This document shows positions 60,663 through 64,000 of a stretch of 64,000 bases of DNA, in pieces. Origin of the DNA: Eledone cirrhosa (Eukaryota); assembly GCA_964016885.1 (NCBI GenBank), contig OZ024746.1, positions 92,814,001 to 92,878,000 of the forward strand, in the 5' to 3' direction. Numbering within the stretch: the stretch's first letter is position 1; each line of letters begins with the position of its first letter. The position numbers were made by a program, and so were the translations under genes. Under the pieces are notes generated by a model that saw only the letters and a list, made by a program, of their open reading frames with translations, was not told where the DNA came from and ran no database searches.

Positions 60663-60669
60663 CATACAT

Positions 60670-60703
<34 letters not shown>

Positions 60704-60707
60704 ATAC

Positions 60708-60788
<81 letters not shown>

Positions 60789-60831
60789 CATATATATACA
60801 TATATATATATATATATACATATATATATAC

Positions 60832-60880
<49 letters not shown>

Positions 60881-60924
60881 CATATATATCCATATATATA
60901 TATGTATATGTATGTATAGTTATG

Positions 60925-60963
<39 letters not shown>

Positions 60964-60978
60964 TTATGTATATATATG

Positions 60979-61009
<31 letters not shown>

Positions 61010-61286
61010 TTATGTATATATATGTATGTATGTATGTATATATATATGTGTATGTATGTATGTATATGTATGTATATATGTATATATATGTATATATGTA
61101 TGTATATATATGTATATGTATGTATGTATGTATATATATGTATGTATGTATATATATATGTGTGTGTGTGTGTGTATGTATGTATATATATGTATGTATG
61201 TATATATATATGTGTGTGTGTGTATGTATATATATATGTATATATGTATGTATGTATATATATGTATATATATATATGTATGTATG

Positions 61287-61327
<41 letters not shown>

Positions 61328-61366
61328 ATATATATGTATATATATATATGTATGTATGTATATATA

Positions 61367-61397
<31 letters not shown>

Positions 61398-61438
61398 ATA
61401 TGTATGTGTATGTATGTATGTGTATATGTATATATATA

Positions 61439-61473
<35 letters not shown>

Positions 61474-61666
61474 ATATGTATGTATATATGTGTATGTATG
61501 TATGTATATGTATGTATATATGTATATGTATGTATATATGTATATGTATGTATATATGTATATGTATGTATATATGTGTATGTATGTGTATATGTATGTG
61601 TATATGTATGTATATGTATGTATATATGTATATGTATGTGTATATGTATGTATATATATGTATGTG

Positions 61667-61714
<48 letters not shown>

Positions 61715-62112
61715 TATGTATATATATGTATGTATATATATGTATATGTATATATATGTATGTATATATATGTATATGTATGTATATATATGTATATATG
61801 TATATATATGTATGTATGTATATATGTATATATATGTATGTATGTATATATGTATATATATGTATGTATGTATATATGTATATATATGTATATATATATA
61901 TACATATATGTGTGTGTATATATGTATATATGTATATATATATATACATATATGTGTGTGTATATATGTATATATGTATATATATATATACATATATGTG
62001 TGTGTATATATGTATATATGTATATATATATATACATATATGTGTGTGTATGTATGTATATATGTATATATATACATATATGTGTGTGTATGTATGTATA
62101 TATGTATATATA
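60431..62112. repeat. ~1.7-kb degenerate (TA)n microsatellite, TACA-rich then TATG-rich
   Basis: Alternating purine-pyrimidine tract between two LINEs. Confidence 0.95.
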
Positions 62113-64000
62113 TTCAATGGAAACCCAAGACTGACAGTCATCTCAGCCTATAGTCCAACCGACGGGGACAGTGATGTGAATGCCGAGGAGTTCCATGAGG
62201 AGGTGTGTAGAGCTGTCAACACCACTCAGGCACACAATATCCTGCTTGTTTTGGGGGACTTCAATGCACATTTGAGTAAGGAGGGCAGTGAAGATCCTTG
62301 CTGGTACTTCCATAACAACACCAACCGAAATGGAAGACTACTGAGAGACACCCTGCTGGAGGCGAACTTGATGGCGACCAACCTAGGGTTTAGGAAGAAT
62401 CTGGGGAAGATGTGGACCTACATCTCAGATATGCACCTGTCTAAGTCCCAGATTGATTTCATTCTGGTGAGGAAAAAGTGGCGGAATAGTGTTCTGAACA
62501 CGGAACCATACAGCTATTTCAGTACACTGGGTAGTGACCACCGGCTTGTTATGAGTGAGGTCCGCGTGAGCTTAAGAAAGAGCAAGGCTCAGCCCCGGAG
62601 AACAATCTATGACTGGGGAGCTTTCAAGGAAGATGATAAGCTACAGGAGAGGTTCACAGTGGAAGTGAGAAACAGGTTTAGTGCTCTGTGTGGAGAGTCA
62701 GAGGAGAGAGAGATTGGATGGACTGAGGAGAGTGTGACGAGGAGGTACGGGCACTTCACCAATGCAGTGGCGAAAGCAAGTGAAACCCTGGTGCCGAGGA
62801 AAAAGAACAAAGGGAAGCACGTCAGCTCTGCAAACCCAAAAGTGTGTGCAGCCAGAGAACACCTGAAAGCTGCCAGGGACCAATTCTATGCTGATCCTAC
62901 GGAGGAGAGGATGGAGACTGTGGAGGTGATGAGGGAAGAGCTCTGTACCGCTTACACTGAGGTCAGAGAGGAGGCACTGATAGAGAAGATCAGATGTGTG
63001 GAGAGAGCGGTTGACAGATCTGGATGTAAGGAGAGCTGGATGATCATCAACGAGATCACAGGGAGGAAGAAAAGGTGTTCGAGTCAGATCCAGGGAACGG
63101 GGCCCGAGGATAGGAAGAGGAAATGGCTAGACCATTTTAGGACCCTACTAGGAGAGCCACCCTCCACAGCCCAGAGCACTGGGGAGATCAGGCGGCTGTT
63201 TGAGGAACTGGATGTTGAGACAGAGCCCTTCAACAGAGAGGAGCTTCAGAGAGCCAAGAAGAAGATCAAGGAGGGCAAGGCTCATGGAGAAGATGGAGTG
63301 GCATCAGAGGTGATGAAGAGGTGTGATTTTGATGATATCATCCTGGGGTTCTGTAACGGGGCACTGGAGAAAGGAGTTGCCCCGAATCAGTGGAGGATCA
63401 TTAACATCGTCCCAGTGCCAAAGAAGGGAGATCTCTCTAACACCAACAACTACAAGGGGATCTCACTGACGTCACTTGTGGCAAAGACCCTCAACAGGAT
63501 GATTCTTAACAGGATCCAGCCTGAGATGGAGAAACTCAGGGACAACCAGAACGGCTTCAGAGAGGGTAGATCAACCACCAGTCACATCCTGATGCTGAGG
63601 AGGATATTAGAGGGAGCTAGAGCAAAGTGCCTTCCTGCGGTCATGGTTTTCATTGACTTTAGGAAGGCCTTTGATTCTGTGGACCGTTACTGCCTGATGA
63701 AGATCTTACGGGCTTATGGAATCCCCAAGAGGATAGTGGACCTGATATCACTGCTCTACACCAACACCAAAGTCCAAGTCATTACACCTGATGGGATGAC
63801 AGTTCTTTGAGATACTGGCTGGAGTGCTCCAGGGAGATACATTGGCTCTCTACCTTTTTATTATCGTAGTGGACTATTGTATGCGCCTTGCACTGGAGAA
63901 ACACCAGGACACTGGCTTTACTGTAGCACCGGCTCAGAGCAGGAGAGTTGGGGCGAAAAAGGTATCGGATGCTGAATTTGCCGACGACATAGTTTTGGTG
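62113..64000 (+). mobile_element. RTE-like LINE family C: AP endonuclease plus RT, 5'-truncated, frameshift near 63805, runs off the window
   Basis: [57 protein letters not shown]; then, in a shifted frame, GVLQGDTLA and EFADDI. Confidence 0.92.

Noticed and set aside
60341-62153. Long Y/I-rich ORFs and the apparent N-terminal extension of the 1133-aa ORF
   Set aside because: Same artefact; the real coding signal starts at ~62113 (LINE endonuclease).

Overview
AT-rich, intron- and repeat-rich eukaryotic DNA. It is most consistent with a cephalopod (Octopus-like) genome; this is inferred from the repeat landscape and has not been verified. Two host genes diverge, with ATGs about 12 kb apart. 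(1) On the minus strand, a signal-peptide + MANSC + EGF/EB-like gene (LRP11-like) has three in-frame spliced exons (24971-25420, 6100-6385, 457-570) and continues past the left edge. (2) On the plus strand is the first coding exon (37675-37950) of a PPP1R14/CPI-17-family PP1 inhibitor. The rest is mobile or repetitive DNA: several RTE-clade LINE families (one carrying a PHD-like C4HC3 finger inside its RT), CR1-like LINEs, tRNA/CORE SINEs sharing the RTE 3' tail, a Buster-type hAT remnant, piggyBac-type MITEs, a 62-bp x ~69 satellite flanked by a 19-bp direct repeat, a 38-bp minisatellite and a ~9.5-kb degenerate (TA/TG) tract. The most interesting signal is a dispersed set of short fold-back elements from several families. 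They sit next to (TA)n tracts and carry minimal type I hammerhead ribozyme cores (CTGATGA...GAAAC...UH), as expected for Penelope-like pseudo-LTR or retrozyme-like remnants. A GC-rich, multi-stem structured RNA candidate lies at ~41443-41587. The giant ORFs at 46-62 kb are microsatellite artefacts.
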